A program made the translations under genes and the position numbers. Source: Nostoc punctiforme PCC 73102 (GTDB lineage Bacteria; Cyanobacteriota; Cyanobacteriia; Cyanobacteriales; Nostocaceae). Taken from it: a DNA stretch of 32,000 nucleotides. Every line of letters begins with the position of its first letter. The stretch's first letter is position 1. This document shows positions 16,853-25,967 of the stretch, one piece after another. Under the pieces are notes generated by a model. That model saw only the letters and a list, made by a program, of their open reading frames with translations, had not been told where the DNA came from and searched no databases. The stretch lies in NCBI RefSeq assembly GCF_000020025.1, contig NC_010628.1:1080001-1112000 (forward strand). The letters run 5' to 3'.

Positions 16853-17593
16853 ATCGTGTTACTGATTGATTTAAGTCCAACACTTTTATTTATTCAGACC
16901 ACGTTTTAGTGCAAGCACATTGAAATAAGACTTAAATGATAATCTTATACATTTGTAAAGTATCTTCTATTCATCAACAAACCTTTATTGGCAGAGCTAG
17001 CCCCCAAGAGATTCCTACTCAGGTACTGCCTAAATTATTGTTTTTCTGTTAAGTGAGTTACAACTAGTGATTGTCTCACAGATCAGAGCCGGATCTACTT
17101 CGCCTCTGCTAATTGGTTACGGCGAGATTTGATCCTAACCTAACCAACAGGTATGCTCCTAACGGGGTGTTTTACCAAAAGCTGTCCCAAGGTCGTCTTC
17201 TGTCTTTGGTGCAATATTGGTACTCCCTAGAAAGCATGTCCTGATACTGAAAGCTCTACCTATTGATAGGCATAAACTTATATCCTACCCTAAGCTTATG
17301 CTATACCTCTTTAGGAGTAAACTTTAATGTTATACAGCGATAAATGCTGTTACTGGTTCAATTTTTTTGGTAGATTTCGATCAGATGGTAGCTCTTGCAG
17401 TGCTGGAGGTGAATAAGGTTTAGCACCCAGCATCTCAACTCCAATGTTGCATCCATTTTTATGCCTTGAAAGAGGTAGGATAAAAGCTATAGATGAAGAG
17501 CTACTTTATAGATATTAGCAAACTTGCTATTTGAAAATTGCTATAATCTATTGTTCCATCTAAATTCATTTATATTATTAGGTGTAAATTTGT

Positions 17594-18115
17594 ATGGGTT
17601 CTCCAATGAATCGTCTGTCTATTTTTGTAGACGGAAACAATATGTTCTATGCTCAACAAAAAAATGGGTGGTTTTTTGACCCGCGGCGAGTCTTAGAATA
17701 CTTTAAACATGAGCAATCAGAAACAACATTAATTAATGCATTCTGGTACACTGGCTTAAAAGACCCACAAGATCAACGAGGTTTTAGAGATGCTCTAATT
17801 AGTCTAGGATATACAGTCCGAACTAAAATTCTTAAAGAATATTATGATGATACTTCTGGTCGTTACTCGCAAAAAGCGAATTTAGATATTGAAATTGTTG
17901 TAGATATGTTTAATACAGTAGACCAGTATGACCGAGTAGTATTATTCAGTGGCGATGGAGATTTTGAACGAGCAATCGAACTATTACGCTCAAAAAATAC
18001 ACATATTACGGTAGTATCTACAGAAGGAATGATCGCTAGAGAACTACGAAACGCTACTGATAGATATATAGATTTAAATGATATCAGAGATCAAATAGAA
18101 AAAACCGAAGGTTAA
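17594..18115 (+). CDS. NYN-domain (LabA/DUF88-like) protein
   Basis: 173-aa ORF. FVDGNNMFY near the N-terminus and LFSGDGDFERAIELLR, typical of NYN/LabA PIN-like domains. Confidence 0.75.
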   Translation: MGSPMNRLSIFVDGNNMFYAQQKNGWFFDPRRVLEYFKHEQSETTLINAFWYTGLKDPQDQRGFRDALISLGYTVRTKILKEYYDDTSGRYSQKANLDIEIVVDMFNTVDQYDRVVLFSGDGDFERAIELLRSKNTHITVVSTEGMIARELRNATDRYIDLNDIRDQIEKTEG

Positions 18116-18210
18116 TAGCCTTAGCAATTATTTACAAAGGTAAGAGTAAAAGAAAAACTAAGGTTGAAGATATATTGAGCCACAAGTAAAAATTAAACAA
18201 CAAACCGCAA

Positions 18211-19815
18211 ATGACAAACAAAACAGATCGGATTATCATTTTTGATACTACACTGCGAGATGGAGAGCAGTGTCCGGGAGCGACTTTGAATATAGACGAA
18301 AAGCTAGTTATTGCCAAGCAACTAGCGCGTCTGGGTGTGGATATAATTGAGGCAGGCTTTGCTTTTGCCAGTCCTGGAGATTTTGAAGCAGTCAGTAAGA
18401 TTGCCCAAATTGTGGGGACAGAAAATGGCCCGGTAATTTGTAGTTTGGCAAGAGCAATTAAAGCAGATATTGAAGCGGCCGCAGAAGCATTAAAACCAGC
18501 CGTAAAGGGCAGAATTCACACATTTATTTCGACTTCTGATATTCATTTAGAGTATCAGTTACGGAAGTCACGGGCAGAAGTGCTAGCGATCGCCGAAGAA
18601 ATGGTAGCTTATGCCAAATCCTTCATGACAGATGTCGAATTTTCGCCAATGGATGCGGCTCGTTCCGATCCAGAATTTTTGTACCAAGTGTTAGAGCGAA
18701 CGATCGCAGCTGGTGCAACAACAGTTAATATTCCCGATACCGTGGGTTACACCACCCCAAGCGAATTTGGGGCAATAATTAAAGGCATTATTGAAAATGT
18801 CCCCAACATCGACCAAGCGATTATTTCCGTTCACGGTCATAATGATTTAGGCTTGGCAGTTGCTAACTTCTTAGAAGCCGTGAAAAATGGCGCACGGCAA
18901 CTAGAATGTACAATCAATGGGATTGGCGAACGCGCCGGCAATGCCTCACTAGAAGAATTGGTAATGGCGTTGCATGTGCGGCGGCAATATTTTAACCCTT
19001 TTCTCGGCAGACCAGAAGAATCTCAAGAATCCCTGACAAATATCGACACCCGACAAATTTATAAAACCTCACGCTTAGTTTCTAATTTGACGGGAATGTT
19101 GGTACAACCAAATAAAGCGATCGTTGGTGCAAATGCCTTTGCCCATGAGTCTGGAATTCACCAAGATGGTGTGTTAAAAAACAAACTCACCTACGAAATT
19201 ATGGATGCCCAATTGATTGGCTTAACAGACAATCAAATAGTTTTGGGCAAACATTCAGGGAGAAATGCTTTCCGGACTCGGTTGAAAGAATTGGGCTTTG
19301 AACTGTCAGATACTGAGTTAAATAAAGCCTTCGTTAGATTCAAAGAAGTAGCAGATAAAAAGAAAGATATTTCTGATTGGGATTTGGAAGCGATCGTTAA
19401 CGATGAAATCCAACAAGCGCCCGATTTATTCCGGGTAGAGTTGGTGCAAGTTTCCTGTGGTAGCAACGCCCGTCCTACTGCTACAGTTACTCTGCGTACC
19501 CCAAAAGGTGAAGAATTAACCGATGCTGCGATCGGTACTGGGCCAGTGGATGCAGTTTACAAAGCCATCAACCGTGTGGTGAATGTGCCCAACGAGTTGA
19601 TTGAGTTTTCTGTGCAGTCAGTAACAGCCGGTATTGATGCCATTGGCGAAGTGACAATTCGTTTACGTTATGAGTCTAAAGTGTTTTCTGGTCATGCAGC
19701 GAACACAGATATCATCGTGGCATCCGCACAAGCTTATGTAAATGCGTTGAATAGGTTGTATGCATCTTTGCAAACTCAAGAAAAGCCAGAGGAAGTAACT
19801 GCACAGAAAGTCTGA
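18211..19815 (+). CDS. leuA: 2-isopropylmalate synthase
   Basis: 534-aa [35 protein letters not shown], plus the C-terminal LeuA regulatory/dimerisation domain. Confidence 0.93.
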   Translation: MTNKTDRIIIFDTTLRDGEQCPGATLNIDEKLVIAKQLARLGVDIIEAGFAFASPGDFEAVSKIAQIVGTENGPVICSLARAIKADIEAAAEALKPAVKGRIHTFISTSDIHLEYQLRKSRAEVLAIAEEMVAYAKSFMTDVEFSPMDAARSDPEFLYQVLERTIAAGATTVNIPDTVGYTTPSEFGAIIKGIIENVPNIDQAIISVHGHNDLGLAVANFLEAVKNGARQLECTINGIGERAGNASLEELVMALHVRRQYFNPFLGRPEESQESLTNIDTRQIYKTSRLVSNLTGMLVQPNKAIVGANAFAHESGIHQDGVLKNKLTYEIMDAQLIGLTDNQIVLGKHSGRNAFRTRLKELGFELSDTELNKAFVRFKEVADKKKDISDWDLEAIVNDEIQQAPDLFRVELVQVSCGSNARPTATVTLRTPKGEELTDAAIGTGPVDAVYKAINRVVNVPNELIEFSVQSVTAGIDAIGEVTIRLRYESKVFSGHAANTDIIVASAQAYVNALNRLYASLQTQEKPEEVTAQKV

Positions 19816-19860
19816 GATCGGAATCTGTGAAACTGCCAGTTTTTAGCTGATGCTAACAAA

Positions 19861-19884
19861 CTCCTCTCCAACTTTGGGGAGGAG
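19861..19884 (+). terminator. probable intrinsic terminator after leuA
   Basis: ctcctctcc-aacttt-ggggaggag hairpin followed by ttattt, 45 nt after the leuA stop. Confidence 0.55.
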
Positions 19885-19890
19885 TTATTT

Positions 19891-20085
19891 GTGACTTCCA
19901 AAAATTTGTTAGAAATTATGCTGACAGAAAAACATCTCATTATTAGAGAAGGCACAATCAAAGAAGACTCACTGATTGCAAAATACTTTTACCAAATGTG
20001 GCTAGATATTGATGTTGATGAGAGTACAGGTTCTGTGATAAAGGTTGCTGAAGGTGAATTATCAGCAGAATTGTTTGCAGAGTAA
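19891..20085 (+). pseudogene. possible remnant of a GNAT acetyltransferase N-terminus (GTG-initiated short ORF)
   Basis: 64-aa ORF. IIREGTIKEDSLIAKYFYQMW resembles GNAT N-terminal strands, but the acetyl-CoA motif region is absent. Confidence 0.25.
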
Positions 20086-20269
20086 AAAGCTTCTATCTAA
20101 ATTCAATAGGATAAGTTTCTAGCTCAAGAAGGATCTGTGGTTGCTTGTGTTCGCATTTGTGCAATATTGATTTAATTATCAATATTGTTTACTTTTTGGG
20201 ATTTTTCGATTTACTTGATAAGCATAAAACTTTATTCTAAAAAACGATGTTTATAATCAGTTAGCTTGT

Positions 20270-20950
20270 ATGAGTAGCGACAAAACAACAGAATTGCCAC
20301 TCTGGGTACAAGATAGAGATATAGTCATTGCGCATGATGAAGAAGTACAGTGGCGAGAAGGAAAACGCCCCGATTATTCATATACCAATGAATTTCTTCA
20401 TCAAGAAAGTAAATTTCAGCATCCAGAAGGTTCTTTAGAAGCGATCGCTCAAAATTTAGTCCGCACTTTTGAGATGGAAGCTTCTAATAAATCTAATCCT
20501 CAACAGTGGCTTTAGATTGTTACTGATAAGTTTAAGATGAGTACCAATGGGGGACAACAATTCACTGCTCAGGATGTTGCAACCGAAGGTACTTATAATC
20601 TGTTTTTGGGTAAAACTGAGCAATATAACTCTGACACAGAAACCTTTGAATCTTCATTTCAAGTTTTTCATACAGCCTTTCCTAATGGCTTCCTTTGGGA
20701 ATTAACAGAAGTACTTTCGGGGCCGCCTAATGTTACCTTTAAGTGGCGACATTGGGGAACATTTAATGGTTCCTATAAAGACTATGCACCCACAGGTGAA
20801 ACAATCGAAATTGTCGGAGTTAGTATTGCTCGCGTTACTGATGATTTGAAGATTGAGTCTCTAGAGCATTATTTTGATAATAATGTCTTTCTTCAGAAAT
20901 TAACGGCAGGTGGTTGCCCTTTCCATTCTCAAAATCAGAATAATCACTAA
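20270..20950 (+). pseudogene. NTF2/SnoaL-like protein (homolog of the plant/cyanobacterial pathogen-related protein family) with one in-frame TAG
   Basis: ORFs 20270..20515 and 20537..20950 share one reading frame. A single TAG at 20513-20515 separates them (…QQWL*IVTDKFKMSTNGG…). The C-terminal part, VTFKWRHWGTF...GETIEIVGVSIARV, looks SnoaL-like. Confidence 0.6.
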
Positions 20951-21096
20951 TTTTGATTTAGTTATAGTCTATGGAATAGTACGCTCGATTGGCGCTCTTA
21001 GCAAACAGCAGTGAGTGCCGATTGAGTGATTATAATCATCGAAAGTCTGCAATAGAAGGGAATGCGGAGAAATTTAAATAAATTGAATAATGCCGT

Positions 21097-23571
21097 TTAT
21101 GGTATTGGTGTTTGCACAGTAGTAGCTGGTATATTGATTGAAGGTGTAAACCCAGCCAGTTTACCCGATTTCTGGGGTACAAAGTCTGTTTCTTTGCTAC
21201 CTTGAATCTCAGATAAGTAGCAATCTTGCACTGCCAACAACAAGCCTTTGATGGCATCTGGTGCGCCTGTTTTAACTAAATCATCTGCCTTTTTGAAAAA
21301 ATGCGATCGCCATTTGCCATCGTTATTGCCATACAATTCGATTAAATACCAACCTGCAAGATACTCAGCCAAAGGATCGAGACAAAAACGGATTCTATCT
21401 TTAGCAGAACCGATAGTTTGAATCAGGTGTAGGCGCTTTTCCAGATAATTGAGGTGTGCTTCAGGATCGTCAATACCCAAAGCTGCTAATGCAGCAATAG
21501 CATCTGCACGCTTGGCGGTTGCTGGTTGGTAACTTTGCTGCAAACATTCCCAAGCGATCGCTTTGGCATCTTGATGAACGGTGCGATCATCAAATTGATT
21601 GTCTGTAACATCACGATTGAGTTCATTGATATAACCCAGCATCAAATTGGGAATATTCTCTGGTAACGCAGAAATATTAGATGTAACGTCTTTACTGGCG
21701 ATTAACTGTTCAGCATAAAGTTTCGCCAGCAAAACAGTGATATTATTTTGACCGACCATGAGAGAAAGACGGTTACAAGCGTCAAAAAATTCTTGATCGG
21801 TAAAGCGATCGCGTTTACCTCGCTGCATCAGATAAGCTTCCATAAAGGACGATAGTTTATTCGCCTCAATCCGCAAGGGTTTAATTATCGTCTTATTAAC
21901 CCGCCCCAACTTTTCCTCAATTCGGGAAGTAATCACCAACGCATTCACCGGAAACTCTGGCGACTCCGGCTCAATTGCTTCTCGTGTAGTGGCATTCATT
22001 TCTGAGAAACGGTCTACAATTACTAGAATGCGTTTTTTTCTTAATAAACGTAACAATAATTCTTGACAAATCGGCTCTGGCTCATCAATTAAAGCTTGCA
22101 ACTGTCCTCTGATAGCTTCTAAAAGCGGCGACTTACCTTCAGTTACCCGAAATTCTTCTTCTAAAAGCACAGGTAACATCAAATGTTTGCAGAGTTGTTG
22201 GTCTTCAGCCTCAGCCATTGCCCATCCAGCGATTCGACACGCTAAACTGGTTTTACCTACACCCCCTTCCCCACCAATTACTAAGCAGCTACGTTGTTTC
22301 TCGAAAGTTGAGCGTAAATTCTCATTCATCAGTTGGGGAACTGTTGTACTATCCAGAACAACGGGAATAGGAATGTAACAGGCGCGACTGTTAACTGTAT
22401 CCTTTTTGGGAAATTGCTCGCGGGCTGCTTTGATATATTTAGCTACCCACGCATCTAATACTCTGGGATGGTAATGAAACCAGCCAACAAATAGCACATA
22501 TCGCAGAGGTACATTAACGCTGATAAATGGGAGAGAAAAATCTGTGTAAGGTTTGAGGGCGTTGTTAATTTTCAACAACCATAAAGGGGCTACCCGCAAG
22601 AGAATTAACCAAATAGAAGGTAATAAGATAAGGTAAGCGGCAATTCCCAAGAGTAATTTATGCTTAAATAGCGATTCCAGAACTCTATCAAAGAGGCGAG
22701 TTTCTTTTTCTGCTTTCAGGGCATTGAGAGGGCGACGTATCAGCCTAATGTCCGTCTCTGTGAATTTATCTTTGTATTTTTGTATAGTTGCCAATACCTG
22801 CTCAAAGTCTGAGATAACTTTCTGCAACTTGGAGGTAGGTAAAGCATTTGCTTTGTCCTGAAAGCCTGCCGCTATTCCTCCTAAACCTTTGATAGCACCT
22901 AAACGCACGTAAAACTGGTTATCATTCAACAGGGCAATTAAATTCGGGACAGAAGATACTGCTTCTGTACCCATTGCACCCAGAGCGTAAGCAGAATTGT
23001 AACGTACAGTGGGGTTCTTATCTTTTAAGGCAGCAGTTAATACTGGGACAGCTACTTTCGCTTCTACACCAATTTTTCTGAGTGCAGAAGGAACATAAAT
23101 GCGAACAAATTGCTCCTTGTCTTGTAACGCCGCCATCAACGATGGAACTGCTGCTTTGGCTGCTGTACCAATATTTCCTAAAGCTAAGGTGGCGTACAGG
23201 CGGACTTGTCCATCTTCATCTTGCAATGCCGCACTTAAAGCAGAAACGGCTGGTGCTGCTTCTGCACCCAAATCTCCTAAAACAGAAGCCGCGTGCCAGC
23301 GAAGATTAATATCCTGATTTTTCAAAGCTTCAATCAGAGACGGCACTGCTGGCGAACCGATATTAACTAATGCATCTGCTGCAAGGCTTCTGATGTGGGC
23401 ATCGTTATCTATCAGCTTCTCAATCAGCGGAGCAATTTTGCTGTCAGTAGTGATTTGCGCCCAACTATTGCTTGTGCATAGTAGGAACAGTGTCAGGCAT
23501 AAGACAACCACCTTGAGCGCACTAAGTAATACTTGTCTGGTATGCTTTGTCATTGAATCGGATTGAATCAC
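21097..23571 (-). CDS. transmembrane HEAT-repeat / P-loop (NACHT/STAND-like) NTPase
   Basis: 824-aa ORF. N-terminal signal/anchor VVVLCLTLFLLCTSNSWAQ, about seven HEAT-like repeats (…VRxxAAxALGxIG…), a hydrophobic segment LLLGIAAYLILLPSIWLILL, then P-loop GGEGGVGKTSLACRIA and Walker B ILVIVDRFSE. Confidence 0.8.
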   Translation of the reverse strand: MIQSDSMTKHTRQVLLSALKVVVLCLTLFLLCTSNSWAQITTDSKIAPLIEKLIDNDAHIRSLAADALVNIGSPAVPSLIEALKNQDINLRWHAASVLGDLGAEAAPAVSALSAALQDEDGQVRLYATLALGNIGTAAKAAVPSLMAALQDKEQFVRIYVPSALRKIGVEAKVAVPVLTAALKDKNPTVRYNSAYALGAMGTEAVSSVPNLIALLNDNQFYVRLGAIKGLGGIAAGFQDKANALPTSKLQKVISDFEQVLATIQKYKDKFTETDIRLIRRPLNALKAEKETRLFDRVLESLFKHKLLLGIAAYLILLPSIWLILLRVAPLWLLKINNALKPYTDFSLPFISVNVPLRYVLFVGWFHYHPRVLDAWVAKYIKAAREQFPKKDTVNSRACYIPIPVVLDSTTVPQLMNENLRSTFEKQRSCLVIGGEGGVGKTSLACRIAGWAMAEAEDQQLCKHLMLPVLLEEEFRVTEGKSPLLEAIRGQLQALIDEPEPICQELLLRLLRKKRILVIVDRFSEMNATTREAIEPESPEFPVNALVITSRIEEKLGRVNKTIIKPLRIEANKLSSFMEAYLMQRGKRDRFTDQEFFDACNRLSLMVGQNNITVLLAKLYAEQLIASKDVTSNISALPENIPNLMLGYINELNRDVTDNQFDDRTVHQDAKAIAWECLQQSYQPATAKRADAIAALAALGIDDPEAHLNYLEKRLHLIQTIGSAKDRIRFCLDPLAEYLAGWYLIELYGNNDGKWRSHFFKKADDLVKTGAPDAIKGLLLAVQDCYLSEIQGSKETDFVPQKSGKLAGFTPSINIPATTVQTPIP

Positions 23572-23635
23572 CCGATGAACAACTCCAGTCAGAGAAACTA
23601 TACCTAAGATTGTAATCTAACTGTCAATGTGGGTT

Positions 23636-23709
23636 AGCGATGTCTACGATGGTCACTGAGCTTGTCGTTCGCGGAGCGTCTCGTAGAGAAGTGCGGGCTA
23701 CGCCTACGC
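23636..23709. repeat. nested small dispersed repeats
   Basis: agcgatgtctacgatgg (23636-23652) and gggctacgcctacgc (23695-23709) match the two halves of rc(7926-7956). A 42-nt segment separates them (23653-23694, containing gagcgtctcgtagagaagt), and that segment is related to 31668-31753 in reverse orientation. Confidence 0.75.
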
Positions 23710-23719
23710 ACTGGTTTGC

Positions 23720-24157
23720 TCAAGCTTGATTAGCATTAGGATTTAAACGCATCATAATTTTCTCTGGTTCTGTCAAATTTTTAAATCCATAACGGCGATA
23801 AAGTCCATGAGCGTCTTTTGTGCCTAACATCCATCTTTGAACATCTTGCAATTCTGGATATTCCAAAATATATTCTACAAACCATTTTCCTAAACCCTGT
23901 CCTCGATAAGGCTCCAAAATAAAAACATCTTTTAACAACGCAGAAGTTGCATAATCAGTGATGACTCTCGCAAAGCCCACTTGTTGATTATCTTCATAAA
24001 GTCCAAAACATAAAGAATTTTGTATAGACTTTTCCACAGTAGCTAACGGGATGTTTTCAGCCCAATAGGAGGTTTGTAAAAAATCATGAATCATTTGAAT
24101 GTCTAATTTAGATTTCTCGGTGTTGATGTAAAATCGATGTTTTAATTCTTCATTCAT
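23720..24157 (-). CDS. GNAT family N-acetyltransferase
   Basis: 145-aa ORF. Acetyl-CoA binding motif A: ILEPYRGQGLGKWFVEYIL. Confidence 0.8.
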   Translation of the reverse strand: MNEELKHRFYINTEKSKLDIQMIHDFLQTSYWAENIPLATVEKSIQNSLCFGLYEDNQQVGFARVITDYATSALLKDVFILEPYRGQGLGKWFVEYILEYPELQDVQRWMLGTKDAHGLYRRYGFKNLTEPEKIMMRLNPNANQA

Positions 24158-24312
24158 CTTGCTACATCTTTTATTTAATTAGGTTGAAAAATTATAATTC
24201 ATTCTTATGGTCAGTGGTTTGCAACCTCAGATGATGAAATTACTGAACCATTAGCTAGATAACAGAGGCTATATTCAGCATTCAAGGATATGGGTGCATA
24301 TAGTTACTGATT

Positions 24313-25758
24313 ATGAATCAGCCTACAATAAAATCTTGGCAAGAAGTCCGTGCTGCTTTTAAAACAATCTGGGGTTATGAAGATTTCCGTCCACCACAGG
24401 GAGAAATTGTCAATAGTTTATTGTCACAAAAAGATGCGCTGATTATTATGCCCACAGGTGGCGGGAAGTCAATTTGTTTTCAACTTCCCGCACTGCTACA
24501 AACAGGATTAACCTTGGTAGTTTCGCCCTTGGTGGCGTTGATGGAAAATCAAGTTCAGGAACTACGAGAAAGCCACCAAAAAGCAGCACTCTTGCATAGT
24601 GAATTATCTTCATCTCAACGCCGTGCAACTCTGCAAGCTTTGGAACGTCAACAGCTAAGATTACTTTATTTATCGCCAGAAACTTTGCTCAGTGCGCCAG
24701 TTTGGGAAAGATTATGTCACCCGCAATTGCAAATTAATGGTTTGATTTTAGATGAAGCTCATTGTTTGGTGCAGTGGGGTGATACTTTTCGCCCAGCTTA
24801 TCGCAGATTAGGGGCGGTGCGTCCGGCGTTGCTCAAATCAAAACCACCAGGAACAAAAATTAGTATCGCCGCTTTTACCGCTACTGCTGATCCCTCAGCC
24901 CAAAAAATTATTCAAACAGTTTTACAATTACAGCAACCAGAGATTTTCCGCTTGAATCCTTACCGTCCGAACTTGCATCCCAGCATTCGCATTGCTTGGA
25001 CACCACGGGGTAGGAAACAACAATTATTAAAGTTTATTCAAAATAGACCGCAACAATCGGGATTAGTTTATGTTCGCACTCGGAGAGATAGCGAAGATTT
25101 AGCCCAATGGTTAGCAGAGATGGGTTACGCTACAGCTAGCTATCATGCGGGATTGGGTGCAACAGAACGCCGTGAAGTAGAAGCAAGCTGGTTAAGTGGC
25201 AAAATCCCCTTTGTTGTTTGTACCTGTGCGTTTGGTATGGGGATAAATAAAAGTGATGTTCGCTGGGTAGCACATTTTCACGCACCACATCTGCTATCTG
25301 AATATGTGCAAGAAATCGGCCGCGCTGGAAGGGATGGGAAACCAGCAGAAGCGTTGACATTGGTAAGTGAACCTACGGGGTGGTTAGATTCAGGGGATAA
25401 GCAAAGACAGGAGTTTTTTCAAGAACAAATGCGATCGCAACAGCAAATAGCGCAGCAACTTGTGAAAAAATTACCAAAACAGGGAGAAGTGAATGCAGTA
25501 ACTCGACAATTTCCCGAAGGTGCTACGGCACTAGCTTTACTCCATAGCAGTGGTCAGCTAAACTGGCTTGACCCTTTTCATTACACCATTGCTCAAAAAG
25601 TGGGAAATCAGCCACCAAACCAATTACACGCCGCTAAACAGATGCAGCAATACCTAACAACTAAGCAGTGTCGTTGGCAGTTTTTGTTAAATGCCTTTGG
25701 TTTTGACAAAGAAGCAGCTAACCTGCGTTGCGGACATTGCGATAATTGCTGTCAATGA
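24313..25758 (+). CDS. recQ: RecQ-family ATP-dependent DNA helicase (short form, no HRDC)
   Basis: 481-aa ORF. FRPPQ, PTGGGKS, DEAHC, FTATA, GMGINKSDVR, QEIGRAGRDG, and a C-terminal Cys cluster (CRW...CGHCDNC). Confidence 0.85.
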   Translation: MNQPTIKSWQEVRAAFKTIWGYEDFRPPQGEIVNSLLSQKDALIIMPTGGGKSICFQLPALLQTGLTLVVSPLVALMENQVQELRESHQKAALLHSELSSSQRRATLQALERQQLRLLYLSPETLLSAPVWERLCHPQLQINGLILDEAHCLVQWGDTFRPAYRRLGAVRPALLKSKPPGTKISIAAFTATADPSAQKIIQTVLQLQQPEIFRLNPYRPNLHPSIRIAWTPRGRKQQLLKFIQNRPQQSGLVYVRTRRDSEDLAQWLAEMGYATASYHAGLGATERREVEASWLSGKIPFVVCTCAFGMGINKSDVRWVAHFHAPHLLSEYVQEIGRAGRDGKPAEALTLVSEPTGWLDSGDKQRQEFFQEQMRSQQQIAQQLVKKLPKQGEVNAVTRQFPEGATALALLHSSGQLNWLDPFHYTIAQKVGNQPPNQLHAAKQMQQYLTTKQCRWQFLLNAFGFDKEAANLRCGHCDNCCQ

Positions 25759-25861
25759 GTATCAAAGCCTCATTAACGAGTATAAAAGGTGGATAAATAG
25801 AGCTAAAAGCCTCGTTCACGAGTATAAAAGGTGGATGAACGGAGCTAAAAGACTCGTTCAG
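25757..25861. repeat. about 2.5 tandem copies of a 42-bp repeat directly after recQ
   Basis: Unit 1 is 25778-25819 and unit 2 is 25820-25861 (gagtataaaaggtggatRaaYRgagctaaaagMctcgttcaS, about 37/42 identical). A partial copy lies at 25757-25777. Each unit contains the inverted repeat acgag...ctcgt. Confidence 0.7.
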
Positions 25862-25967
25862 GAGATCAATACCTTATCCCTTATTCTCTAATGAGGTTCA
25901 TCCAATAGGATGAATTGTCATTTTCACCACCAAGTGACAATAGGGTAGTCAAGTAGAGGATAAAAAT

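Noticed and set aside
25691-25891. 66-aa ORF with an internally repeated peptide overlapping the recQ 3' end.
   Set aside because: The repeat in the peptide simply mirrors the 42-bp DNA tandem repeat. The ORF overlaps recQ out of frame and has no start context, so I treat it as non-coding.
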